A DNA stretch of 64,000 nucleotides from an uncultured Chthonomonadaceae bacterium (GTDB lineage Bacteria > Armatimonadota > Chthonomonadetes > Chthonomonadales > Chthonomonadaceae). The DNA lies in the NCBI GenBank assembly GCA_963817895.1, contig CAWFQB010000002.1:448001-512000 (forward strand), given 5' to 3'. Positions 20,375 to 30,057 of the stretch are shown here, one piece after another. A program made the position numbers and the translations under genes. Positions within the stretch are counted from its first letter, which is position 1, and each line of letters begins with the position of its first letter. A model generated the notes under the pieces. It saw nothing but the letters and a program-made list of their open reading frames with translations, did no database searches and was not told where the DNA came from.

Positions 20375-20677
20375 ATGGTAGAGCATATTGTGCTGTTTCG
20401 CTGGAACGCCGACGCCACGCCCGACGCCATTGAAAGCGCCCTGACCGAACTCCGCGCCCTGAAAACCAAAATACCCGGCATTCTCGACCTGACCTGCGGC
20501 GCAAACTTCACTGACCGGGGCAAAGACTTCACGCATGGCCTGATCGTCCGCTTCACGGACAAAGCCGCGCTTGAAGCTTATGGCCCGCATCCCGAACACC
20601 AGCGCGTCGTGCAGAACTTCATCAATCCCATCCGCGCCGACATTCTCGCTCTCGACTACGAGGCATATCCCGTGTAA
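20375..20677 (+). CDS. Dabb family (stress-responsive A/B barrel) protein
   Basis: MVEHIVLF...IPGI...FTHGL..F...YGPHPEH...LDY. Confidence 0.88.
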   Translation: MVEHIVLFRWNADATPDAIESALTELRALKTKIPGILDLTCGANFTDRGKDFTHGLIVRFTDKAALEAYGPHPEHQRVVQNFINPIRADILALDYEAYPV

Positions 20678-20683
20678 TTCGCT

Positions 20684-21826
20684 ATGAAAATTCTTTACCG
20701 CTATATGTGGGGCGAGATGTTCGTGCCGTTTCTGATCGGGCTGGCCGGCGTCGTGATGATGCTGACCGGCTCGGTGCTGTACAACAACGCCGACACGTTT
20801 CTGCAAAACCAGATTCCGATATGGGAAGTGGTCCGGCTCGCGCTGTATTTCGTGCCGTTCCTCATCAACATGACGATGCCCGTCGGCATGGCGATGGCCG
20901 CGTCGCTTGCCGTCAGCCGCATGGCCCGCGACTCGGAAATCACGGTTTTGCGCGCGTCCGGGGCCAGTCTGGTTCGCATCTTCATGCCGATTTTCGTGAC
21001 GGGCGCGATCGTCAGCGTGGCGGATTTTTACTGGGGCGAGTACGTGGTTCCCGCCGCGTTCACGCGCTTCAGCGCCATTATGAACGACCTGCCCATGCAC
21101 CTTAAATCGTTCACGCCGCCGAGCGGGGAGTACATCGTTTCGCCCGACCAAAGCTACGTGATCGGCGTTCGCAATATGGTTCCGAAGCCGGGATACATTG
21201 AACTGCGCGGTGTTCACATTGATTCGGGCTTCCGTTCCTTGAACGCGGCGGAAGCGCAGCCGTTCGTGCTATCGGCGGACAAGGGGCGTTACCAATCGGG
21301 CGACTGGATACTGGAAGACGCGCAAATTTATACGTACAGCGTAAAGGATTCGCGCGCCTGGTCGCGGGGCAGCGCGCATCGCGTCACCAAACACATCAAC
21401 GTAGACCCGCAATCCTTTTCCAGCAACTTTGTCTTGCAGTTGCCGATGGGCAAGATGGCGGGCAGTTCCACCAAAACGTTTGCCCAGTTAGGCGAGGAGA
21501 TACGCGCCAACCGCCGTATCGGAAGCGTGGATGTGTCGGCGGAACTGGACTATCACTTCAAGCTCTCCGTGCCGTTTTCGTGCATGGTCATGGCCCTGTG
21601 CTGTCCGCCAATGGCGCTGCGCTTCGCGAAGGGCGGCGGCTTCATGGGAACCCTGCTGTCTATCTGCCTGGTCTTCGTCTACTGGAACACGATGCTGCTC
21701 GCCCGCATGTTAGGTACCCCCACTCCGGGCAGCCCCCACGCCCTCGTCCCCCCTCACATCGCCGCCTGGTCACAAAACGTTCTATTCGTCGTTCTGGGTA
21801 TTATCGTGTTGAAGAAGAGTGAGTAG
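20684..21826 (+). CDS. LptF/LptG family permease
   Basis: ILYRY, SRMARDSEITVLRASGASL, KLSVPF, AAWSQN. Confidence 0.85.
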   Translation: MKILYRYMWGEMFVPFLIGLAGVVMMLTGSVLYNNADTFLQNQIPIWEVVRLALYFVPFLINMTMPVGMAMAASLAVSRMARDSEITVLRASGASLVRIFMPIFVTGAIVSVADFYWGEYVVPAAFTRFSAIMNDLPMHLKSFTPPSGEYIVSPDQSYVIGVRNMVPKPGYIELRGVHIDSGFRSLNAAEAQPFVLSADKGRYQSGDWILEDAQIYTYSVKDSRAWSRGSAHRVTKHINVDPQSFSSNFVLQLPMGKMAGSSTKTFAQLGEEIRANRRIGSVDVSAELDYHFKLSVPFSCMVMALCCPPMALRFAKGGGFMGTLLSICLVFVYWNTMLLARMLGTPTPGSPHALVPPHIAAWSQNVLFVVLGIIVLKKSE

Positions 21827-21832
21827 GAAGGG

Positions 21833-21985
21833 AGGTAGATAGGTAGATGGTAGATAGGTAGTCGGTAGCTGATGATTACAACATTGCTTTATCACGGGCA
21901 GCATGATAGCACAAACCACTGTAGAAGCGATCAAGATGACAGCGCTTTTCTACCTATCTACCATCTACTTTTCTACCCATCTACT
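21833..21985. repeat. Inverted-arm element, unit (A)GGTAGAT/ATCTACC
   Basis: aggtagataggtagatggtagataggtag ... ctacctatctaccatctac...ctacccatctac. Confidence 0.75.
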
Positions 21986-22144
21986 TTTTTTATGGTAAAC
22001 CTTCCGGTTGTTGTGGAATAACGTAGTTGTAACCGTAAAAAAGCGCCGGAGCCGGAAAAATCAACGGCATGCGCGACGGATACAAGAACGTAAATTACCG
22101 AACAACGCCCTCTTAATAATAAGAGTGATAAGGAACCACAACAA

Positions 22145-22381
22145 ATGAATAGCCAGGCCTCACATACGTCCGAAGCCGTGCGTTTGACCAAGCGCGAATT
22201 AGAAATTTTAGCATTGATTGTGGAAGGACACTCCAGCAAGCAGGTGGCGGATATGCTGTTTGTCAGCAAGCGCACGGTGGACTTTCACCTGGATAATATC
22301 TATGAGAAACTGCATGTGACCAACCGGATGCAGGCCATGCAGCGCGCCAGCCGCCTCGGATTGTTGCAGTTCGCCGCGTAA
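22145..22381 (+). CDS. Stand-alone LuxR-type HTH regulator
   Basis: LTKRELEIL...GHSSKQVA..LFVSKRTVDFHLDNIYEKLHV.NR. Confidence 0.88.
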   Translation: MNSQASHTSEAVRLTKRELEILALIVEGHSSKQVADMLFVSKRTVDFHLDNIYEKLHVTNRMQAMQRASRLGLLQFAA

Positions 22382-22437
22382 CGCAATATAACGTTCGCTA
22401 CAGTTAGTGCTAAAGTGAATAGTATAGTGAATTATTA

Positions 22438-22477
22438 CAGGCCGTTCGCCGCTTTTTCAAAAGCGGCGAACGGCCTG
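22438..22477. terminator. Bidirectional intrinsic terminator-like hairpin
   Basis: caggccgttcgccgcttt / aaagcggcgaacggcctg, a perfect stem between convergent genes. Confidence 0.7.
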
Positions 22478-22492
22478 TTTACATGTTATGGA

Positions 22493-23170
22493 TTATTCTT
22501 CTGTGAGCGCGAGCAACTGCTCCACGAATTTCGCCTGTTCCGTACCCTCTTTGCCTTTGAGCCACTCTTCAAAAAGCCGGCGGCTTTCCACCCGCAGAAT
22601 GTCGCCGATGATTTGCGGATTGGCGCTTTCCGGACTTTGGGGCGGGCGGACGCGCTGTGTGCCGTTGTCGGCGGGCGCTTTCATTCCGAACAGCACGAGG
22701 GCGACGCCCGCTTCCATCGCCGCGCCCAGACACATCACGCACGGCTCCAGAGTGGATACCAGAATTACGTCTTTACTGTCGAGCGGAATCGCGGGTTCCC
22801 CCCTGCCATTGCCCGCCGCGCTTTGAAAGGCCATGATTTCGGCATGTGCGATCTTGCTTTGCAGGCCGTTCATCCGATTGTGTCCCCGCGCCACAATCTC
22901 GACTTCGTGATACTCTTCGTTTTGCGCTTCCGGTTCCTGCGCTTTGGAGTTTTGTTCTTGCTGCTCTTGACCCGCCTCCGCATTTTCTGTATTTTGCCGG
23001 TTGATTGCATTGCTGACCGGGCGGGCGATGATGCAGCCGATGGGCGCTTCCCCCTCCGCCACGCCCCGTATCGCCTCTGCCAGCGCTTCGCGCATCAAGT
23101 ATTCCTGCTGCTGCCGGGTCAGACGGGGCGCGCTTGCTCTGGGCTTTTCTTCCTCTGGTTCCATTGCCAT
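22493..23170 (-). CDS. Nucleoside deaminase (TadA/CDA superfamily)
   Basis: GEAPIGC, HAE and TLEPCVMC motifs; start set at MAMEPE. Confidence 0.8.
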   Translation of the reverse strand: MAMEPEEEKPRASAPRLTRQQQEYLMREALAEAIRGVAEGEAPIGCIIARPVSNAINRQNTENAEAGQEQQEQNSKAQEPEAQNEEYHEVEIVARGHNRMNGLQSKIAHAEIMAFQSAAGNGRGEPAIPLDSKDVILVSTLEPCVMCLGAAMEAGVALVLFGMKAPADNGTQRVRPPQSPESANPQIIGDILRVESRRLFEEWLKGKEGTEQAKFVEQLLALTEE

Positions 23171-23172
23171 GC

Positions 23173-24290
23173 CTATTTGCCCCCTGCCGGATGGTAGCCC
23201 GCTTTGAGGGCGTCTTTTTCGGGCATGTATTTGCCCTCTTTGGTTTTGCCGTAGTATTGTGTGCCGGGTTTCCAGTACGCGCCGCTGCGCGTGTTCACCC
23301 ATACCTGATTTTTCGTGCCGCTGATTGGCGTTCCAAAACTGCCCCCGGTCACGTCGAAACTGCCGCGCTTCACCTTGCGGCTGTGTCGTGCCGCGCCAAA
23401 ACCGGCAACGCCCGTAAAAGAGCTTCCCGCCGCGCCCGCATCGCGTTTCTGGCGCAAAGCCTGCGCGGTTGCGGATGGCAGCGCGGTGAAAAAATGCAGA
23501 CTTGTCGCCTGCTCCAATTCTCCGGCGGTGACAATGTAGCGGCTCCACATTTGTTTGGAAACGGTATTGACGTTAGGCATTTTCACGGCGATGACGCGCG
23601 TTTGCGAGGTGATACGCCCTTTATCATTGCCTGTCTTGTCGGGAATGACCACAACCACTTTCCAGCCGAAATCGGGAACCGCGATCCCCACTTTGCCAAT
23701 CGTCTGATGCGTCGGCGCAGAAAACCCGTGTCCGCATACGATATACAACTCGTTGCCCTTTTTCGTCAGATCGCGGCAATACGTTTCCAATTGTTCCCAC
23801 GGGCCGGCGTTCAGTGCCGTGCGCCTGCGGCGTCATGTTGGTCATCAGGAACACGGCGTCGTTGTTCTGCGCGCGTGTCGCTGCGGTCAGCGGACGGGCA
23901 ATTGTGGCCCCGGTCATAGCCGCTGTTCGTATAATCTCCGGGCGTGACAACCGTAAAGCCGGACGGCAGGGACGTGTCAGGCACAAACTGCCCCCGACCC
24001 GTGGAACCCACATCCCCGGCATTGAGATGCCACGCCACCCAGTTGGGAAACCGGAGCGTGTTGTTGTAGGAGAGCGCGTACTGCGGGCGTTGAATCAGAA
24101 AGTGATCGCGGTTGGAAGGCGAAGCGGAGGCGGAATCCGGCAGTCCCAACAGCGGCTGCGCCGGTGTCACGTAATCCGCGCCCGCGAACGAACCCGCTCC
24201 CAACCCCAACGCCAGCATCAATCCGGCAGCAGGCAGAACACGCCGCAGTGAACCCTGCAAAAACGAACGTCGCAACATCATACGCTTCAT
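23173..24290 (-). CDS. Secreted DNA/RNA non-specific endonuclease (NucA-like); frameshifts near 23800-23870
   Basis: Signal peptide; YALSYN..PNWVAWHL; SGYDRGHNCPSADR; FLMTNMTPQ; WKVVVV. Confidence 0.85.
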
Positions 24291-24314
24291 AGGTCACTCC
24301 CAAAGAAAATGTTG

Positions 24315-24412
24315 TCTTGAACCCTGATTTTTCATGATAGGGATGATTACCATAATGAAGACCGGTCTAATCCTGTTAATCCCTTAATCCTGTAAATCCG
24401 GGTTCAAAACAA
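24315..24412. repeat. Inverted-arm element, TTGAACC..GATTT / (TAATCC)n..GGTTCAA family
   Basis: ttgaaccctgatttt...gatgattac ... taatcctgttaatcccttaatcctgtaaatccgggttcaa; a related half copy lies at about 62921-62955. Confidence 0.6.
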
Positions 24413-24426
24413 TCTGTAGACAAACA

Positions 24427-25239
24427 TTACGAGGCGGCTCCGGCGTACCAGTCCAGCATCGTATCGGGCTGCATCCTCGCGCCCGTGTATTGCAGGAACA
24501 ACGCTTCCCACGAAAGCCCCTGTGCCGCCGCTTCCGCCTGAAATTCCGCAACGGTTCCTTCGCGCTGAATACGCCCCTCGCGCAGTATGGCGATGCGGTC
24601 ATATAAACGCGCGGCCATTTCCAGCAGATGCGACGTGAAGAAAACCGTCACGCCCTGTTGTGTGGTAAGGCGTTTCAGTAATCCGCAAAGGGTATGGGTG
24701 GAAGCCGCGTCTACTCCGTTGAAGGGTTCATCCAGAAATAAGACGCGGGGCGCGTGAATCAGGGCGGCGGCGAAGGCGGTCTTTTTCTGCATACCGAGCG
24801 AGTATTCGTGTATGGGACGCCGCGCCGAATTCGTCAGTTCCAGGCGTTCCAACAGATCGGCGGCGCGGCGACGCGCTTCCCCGCCGCTCAATCCGTGCAT
24901 CTGCCCCGCAAATTCCAGAAATTCCTGCCCCGTCAGCCGCTCGTAAAGCGCGACATCTTCAGAAACCACCCCGATATGACGCCGAACTCCGATGGGGTTG
25001 CGAATCACGTCTACGCCCGCCACCCGAATCTCGCCCCGCGTGGGCGGCGCGAACCCGCACAACGCCCGAATCGCGGTAGATTTACCCGCGCCGTTTTGCC
25101 CCAGGAACCCGAAGAACTCGCCGGGGCGCAGTTGCAGTTCCAGACCATCCAGAACCACGCGCTGCCCGTACGTATGCGTGACCTGCCGCGCTGATACGCT
25201 GAGTTCGTCCATTGTTATGTTCATAGTGATATTCACCAT
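24427..25239 (-). CDS. ABC transporter ATP-binding protein
   Basis: GQNGAGKST, YSLGMQKK, FLDEP, SH motifs. Confidence 0.9.
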   Translation of the reverse strand: MVNITMNITMDELSVSARQVTHTYGQRVVLDGLELQLRPGEFFGFLGQNGAGKSTAIRALCGFAPPTRGEIRVAGVDVIRNPIGVRRHIGVVSEDVALYERLTGQEFLEFAGQMHGLSGGEARRRAADLLERLELTNSARRPIHEYSLGMQKKTAFAAALIHAPRVLFLDEPFNGVDAASTHTLCGLLKRLTTQQGVTVFFTSHLLEMAARLYDRIAILREGRIQREGTVAEFQAEAAAQGLSWEALFLQYTGARMQPDTMLDWYAGAAS

Positions 25240-25252
25240 TGTTATTGAGAAT

Positions 25253-26935
25253 TCATTCCCCAAAACCGTCCAACGCGGCAATTATTTTATACTCGCGTTT
25301 CGCCAGCAGAACGCTCGTTCCGTACACGGACAGCCCAGTCAATCCTGCCACGTAACTGATCGCGCCCATCACGCCAACCCATTCAAAGGGTTGTTCAAAG
25401 GAAAGCAACCGGCCAACGGGAACAAGCAGCAGAACGGCAAGGCATCCGACAGCAATGTAACCTGCGGAAAGCGCTTCGGGCGGCTCTATGCCTTTGCGCT
25501 TGCCGGATGGCGCAATGGCGAAGGGGCGCAGAATGGAAACTACATTTCCGAGCGACATGAGAACCATCAAAATCAGCGGCAGCCACAGCATAAAGCGGGG
25601 AATGTGGCCCGGAAACCCCGCTACCACGCACAATCCGGCAATGGCAGGGCTATCCAGACAAAGGAGGAGCAGCAACAGCGCGACATTTTTGCCGAACAGC
25701 AGCGTTCGGCGCGGAACGGAAAAGCCGAACAGCAGCGCGCCTGTTCCGGCCTCATTGCCGAAGCGGTTGCACAGCAATTGCATCTGCCACAATACGTTGT
25801 ACAGCAACGCGCCCACGCCGAGAAACTCTTTCACGTTGTACACGGGGTTGCGGCTCATGTCCGGCGACAAAAACGCGAACACGCACAGCAGCAGGACACT
25901 GGCGGGTTTGCGCAGGCGCAAATAGTTGTGGGGCGCGCGCAGCAGCAATCGCCATTCGGTCACTACAACGTACAACCATTGTGAGCGTATTCCGGCACGG
26001 GATTGCGATCTGGTCTGTATTTCGAGACTTCGTTGTTGGCGCAGGGGTTCTGCCTGCGCTTTCCGTCATAGAAGCATTTGCCCCACGTAATGCCAGCAAT
26101 GCGCCGCTTCCGGTTAAACCGAGACAAACAATTAGCTGGCTCAACGCCCCGGCCAGTCCGCCCGCATCCGCGTTGCGCGTACAGGTTACGGCGTGAGCGG
26201 CCATAGTGGAGGGCAGAAGCGGGGCAAACAGGGTTGGGGACACAGACGGCGCAGCCAATGGCGTAAGCCGAACTTCTGATACTGTCGCGCTGGTCAGGGA
26301 CGCGAACGCGGGCGGCATCCCCACGCACAGGCCAAGCAGCAGGAACACGGTCAAGGCGGGAATATCCGCCCATCGCCGCAGCCGACGCGCCCCCCAACTT
26401 CCAAAATAGATCAGGCGGCGCGCCAGCAGGCCGGTTTGAATACGCAAAGCAGTCCAAACGCGACCATAACAACGCTTGCCTGCGCCCATTGCCCACCGGC
26501 AAGCAGGCGCGCGACGAGTGGCAGGGTGAGCAGCAGGGCCAGAACAGGGCCGGAATATCCACCAATCCAGCCAGAATTTCTGAGGCCAGTATTTGAAGCG
26601 GGCGCAGGGCAAAGGGGCGCAGAACCGCAGACGGCGGCGCGTAATTCAGCAGCGACACAACGCCGGGAAGCAATAGCGCCGACAACCACAACGCCTGCAT
26701 CAGCAGCCACGCCTGCCGCAACGCCGCTTCCGCCTCGCCAATGGGCAGGAGTGTCCATTGCGCGGCCAGCACGGTTGCCGCGTCCCAACGCCGCCAATGC
26801 CAGCGCGATTGCCATGAGCAGCGTCCACAGCACGGGCGTCGGCGACTGCGCGAACTGGTTGCGGGCCGCCTGAAAGCGCAGGCGCAGCAGAACCCCAACC
26901 GGCTTCCAGAACAACATGCTTATTCTCATTTTCAC
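25253..26935 (-). CDS. Putative ABC-2-type permease; several frameshifts
   Basis: Hydrophobic segments spread over ORFs 26411-26935, 25963-26898, 25752-26612 and 25253-25975 (NRFGNE..GALL...LFGKN); upstream of the ABC ATPase. Confidence 0.55.
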
Positions 26936-27120
26936 AAGTTATACCATTGTATATCAGGGTACTCCCCTTCCCCCAGGTTGCGCATTTCTGCTTCGCTTTG
27001 AAATGCGCTTTTGTGGAGAAGGGGTATGTCCACAAGTGGACGCCATCCATTGAGGACTACTCTTCGCAAAGCGGGCGTGTAATACCTCGCTTACGGAACC
27101 TATCGAACCTGCGTTTCAAA

Positions 27121-27166
27121 AAACACAAGATGCTCAACCCCAATAAGAGTTGAGCATCTTGTGTTT
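27121..27166 (-). terminator. Intrinsic terminator hairpin after the SDR gene
   Basis: aaacacaagatgctcaac / gttgagcatcttgtgttt, perfect 18-bp stem with T-run on the minus strand. Confidence 0.7.
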
Positions 27167-27188
27167 GGTAGCGGTTGAAGAGAATGAA

Positions 27189-28085
27189 CTATTGCTTCCA
27201 GCCGCCGCCGACTTCTGTACCCGTAGTCATCGGCTGCTGTATGCTGCCGCCCGTATCCGGGTGGGGTTCGGCGTCCATCAGGGATTTGTGCGTCACTTTC
27301 GCCATCATGTGTTCGGTCAGGCCGGGGAACAGGTTGTGCATCATGGTGAAGCCGGGACCGCCCGCGCCTCCGACAGCAACCTCGTCTTTGGGATCGCTGA
27401 CAAGGCTTACAAGCGCGTCTATCACCTGTTCCGGCTCGTAAACCGGTGGAATGGGAACCACCTGATGGCCGGTATAGTCCGCCGCGTGTTCAAAGAACGG
27501 CGTGTCCATCGAAGTGGGAAACACGGTGCAAACGCGGATGTTTTCGATCTTGTTCACATCGAGTTCCTGCCGCAGTGCCGCGCTCAGGCCGACAACGCCA
27601 TGCTTGGCGGCGGCATACGAGGCGAAGTAGGGCGCGGGAACTTTGCCGATGACGGATGCGACGTTGATAAGAGTTCCGCTCCCCTGCGCATAGAATTGCC
27701 GCATGGCGAAGTAGCTGCCGTAGATTGTGCCGAGCAGGTCGGTTTCAATCACCTGCACATGCTTGTCGAGCGGAACCTCCTCAAAGCGCCCAATCGCGCC
27801 CCCGCCCGCGTCGTTGATCCACACATCAATGCGCCCGAACGTGGAAAGCGCGGTCTGCGCCAGTTGCTCCACATCCGCCTGCTTGCTGACATCGGTTGGC
27901 GCGGCAATCGCCCGCCCGCCCTGCGCCTCGCACTGCCGCGCCAGTTCTTCCAGCAGGTTGTCGCGCCGGGCCGCCAGTACCAGATGCGCGCCCTTGCCCG
28001 CCAACTGCAACGCGGTTCCCTTGCCGAACCCGCTGGACGCGCCCGTAATCACAACTACCTTGCCGTTTACATCGTTATGTGCCAT
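27189..28085 (-). CDS. SDR family oxidoreductase
   Basis: TGASSGFG, DVWINDAG, YAAAK. Confidence 0.92.
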   Translation of the reverse strand: MAHNDVNGKVVVITGASSGFGKGTALQLAGKGAHLVLAARRDNLLEELARQCEAQGGRAIAAPTDVSKQADVEQLAQTALSTFGRIDVWINDAGGGAIGRFEEVPLDKHVQVIETDLLGTIYGSYFAMRQFYAQGSGTLINVASVIGKVPAPYFASYAAAKHGVVGLSAALRQELDVNKIENIRVCTVFPTSMDTPFFEHAADYTGHQVVPIPPVYEPEQVIDALVSLVSDPKDEVAVGGAGGPGFTMMHNLFPGLTEHMMAKVTHKSLMDAEPHPDTGGSIQQPMTTGTEVGGGWKQ

Positions 28086-28233
28086 GATGCTTACTTGTGT
28101 CTCCCTGTCTTGCCATCTGCCGTTTACACGCTGCCGCGCCTGCCGCTTTGGGAACAATGGCGCGTAAACTTCCTTCTTGTTTACAACGGGCGTGGCGCAA
28201 AGTTCCTGTGAAACGTCAGAAAGGGGCAGATAT

Positions 28234-28785
28234 ATGCCATTCGATTACGCTCTAGATTTCCACACAACCGACTTCCGCGCGCACCCGGAACTGTATCGCA
28301 TAGGCAGGGGCGAACAGGGCGTGTTGTCGGTGCAGCCATATAAAGCGGAGATACTGCCCTACTGGCGGTTTGCGACGGTTGAAGCGGCGCAGGCGTCGGC
28401 GGAGAAGATATACGCGCTGTTCGAGGAATACAAAGAGAAAGAGGATTTTGTGGGCATGGACATGGCGCGCAAGTTTTTGCAGATGGGCTATACCCGCGCC
28501 CGCCGCTATGCCAATCATCCGAGCGGGCGCAAATACGAACATAAGGCTGAGGGTTCCGACTCAGCGCGGCAGGAAATGGATTCGCCCGCCGCTCCCGTTC
28601 TGCGCCCGCCCCATTCAGCAGAGCATCCTCACGCGGACGAGGAAGTTTTGCCACAGGCGGCGGATTGGGCGACGAGTGAAAAGGCGCAGGCCGCGCGGAT
28701 ATTCTACGGCTACTATGAGCAAGCCAAAGACGACCCCGAATACGTCCGGCTCAAGCAGCGCCATATCGAACTATATGGCAAATAG
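28234..28785 (+). CDS. DUF4385 family protein
   Basis: YRIGRGEQGVLSVQPYK.EILPYWRF, DFVGMDMARKFLQMGYTRARRYANH. Confidence 0.85.
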   Translation: MPFDYALDFHTTDFRAHPELYRIGRGEQGVLSVQPYKAEILPYWRFATVEAAQASAEKIYALFEEYKEKEDFVGMDMARKFLQMGYTRARRYANHPSGRKYEHKAEGSDSARQEMDSPAAPVLRPPHSAEHPHADEEVLPQAADWATSEKAQAARIFYGYYEQAKDDPEYVRLKQRHIELYGK

Positions 28786-28861
28786 AATGGCAGTTAGCAA
28801 TGTGGATGGACGGGGCTACGGTCTTAAATTTTGAGGCGGCAATGGGTATATCGGAGCGGCG

Positions 28862-29290
28862 TTACTCGCCTGCGGGCGTGTTGTCGAGCCAGCGTCCGAT
28901 GATGCGGGCAAGGCCCTGCGGCTGCGGGCGAAAACCGAGTTTGTCATAAAATGCCAGCGTGTCGTCATCGGATTGCAGATACACATGCTGTCCCGGCAAG
29001 TCGTTCAACAGCAGGGTAATCATCTGCGCGGCAATCCCCCGTCTGCGGTACGCGCTTTGTGTCCATACATCCACAAGATAGGCGTTGCACACGCCATCCG
29101 ACAGAACCCGCGCCTTGCCGATAATGCGCCCCTCCGCCCACGCGAAGCAAAAACTGTGGCTGTTGGCGAAGGATTGGCGCAACTGCTCCCCGCTGCGTCC
29201 GTTGTCAAAATGGTCGGCGCGCAGGTCGGCTTTCAGGGTATCCCAATCAACGCTGTCCAATGCGCGCGTGTAAATGATTTCAGGTTCCAT
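28862..29290 (-). CDS. GNAT acetyltransferase
   Basis: ARVLSDG...AYLVDV...YRRRGIA...FYDKLGF. Confidence 0.88.
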   Translation of the reverse strand: MEPEIIYTRALDSVDWDTLKADLRADHFDNGRSGEQLRQSFANSHSFCFAWAEGRIIGKARVLSDGVCNAYLVDVWTQSAYRRRGIAAQMITLLLNDLPGQHVYLQSDDDTLAFYDKLGFRPQPQGLARIIGRWLDNTPAGE

Positions 29291-29622
29291 TGGCGGCAGA
29301 CTTCCTCAAAAGAAACCAGCGCGACACCGGCGTCCATGTCCGTCAGCGCCTGTTCTACAACCGTGATGCAGTCTTCGGCTTCCTCTCAGGGACTCTCGAA
29401 AAATTAAATTGTTCCACTTCGAGTCCGTGCAATGAATTGCGCGGCTGTGATAACAAAGTCCGCCTGCGCGGACTGGAACAGTTATTTTCGTGAAAGTCCC
29501 TTAGCGCCATTGTAACGACTTAGCAATCGCATCGCGATGAATTGACTGCGTTCCTCTTCCGGCAACGCAACAAACCGCGAGGCCACTTCATCCGGCAAAT
29601 CAATGGTGACTGTTAAACTCAT
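29290..29622 (-). pseudogene. Small antitoxin-like gene interrupted by an inverted-repeat element
   Basis: GGAGAGG RBS then MSLTVTIDLPDEVASRF..LPEEERSQFI; after the insert, EEAEDCITVVEQALTDMDAG..VSFEE. Confidence 0.45.
29388..29501. mobile_element. MITE-like element with imperfect terminal inverted repeats and internal REP palindromes
   Basis: agggactctcgaaaaattaaattgttcca ... tggaacagttattttcgtgaaagtccct; inside: ccgtgcaatgaattgcgcgg and agtccgcctgcgcggact. Confidence 0.55.
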
Positions 29623-29724
29623 GCTTCCTCTCCTGCAACAGACGAAAAGGGGAGCGCAGATAACTATGCGCCCCTTTATTATACACTGAAAGGCATTGCC
29701 TCAAACAGAAATAACAATGGGAAC

Positions 29725-29935
29725 GTGGGGTTCTGCTTGCTGAACCCTCTGTGTACAAGGGCGCAACCGTGTACAAAGCAAGGCGCAGCAAGCAGCGCCC
29801 CTACGTAAACGTTCACTTTGACCGTGTATTAGGGACTCACATACGCCTCTATGCCTTCAGTCCGCGAAGGCGGACTTCGTTACCGGGCGTCCACCCGCAG
29901 GGAAGAACACAGCCGCGCAATAAATTGCGCGGCTG
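29725..29935. repeat. Cluster of REP-like palindromes
   Basis: ggggttctgcttgctgaaccc; ggcgcagcaagcagcgcccctac (GTAG-type on minus); agtccgcgaaggcggact; agccgcgcaataaattgcgcggct (also at about 29425 and 35985). Confidence 0.6.
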
Positions 29936-30057
29936 CTTGCTGTCAACTACTTGCCACCGGGAGAGGCTGGCTAGCCCTTTTCTGCTTGTTCCCACGCCGT
30001 CTGTAGCGTATAATAGGAGAGCCACTGCAACAGACTCCAGAAAGCCATTTTTGATTC

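Noticed and set aside
21990..22144. Possible ncRNA or riboswitch upstream of the LuxR gene
   Set aside because: No recognisable consensus or convincing stem beyond the adjacent repeat element.
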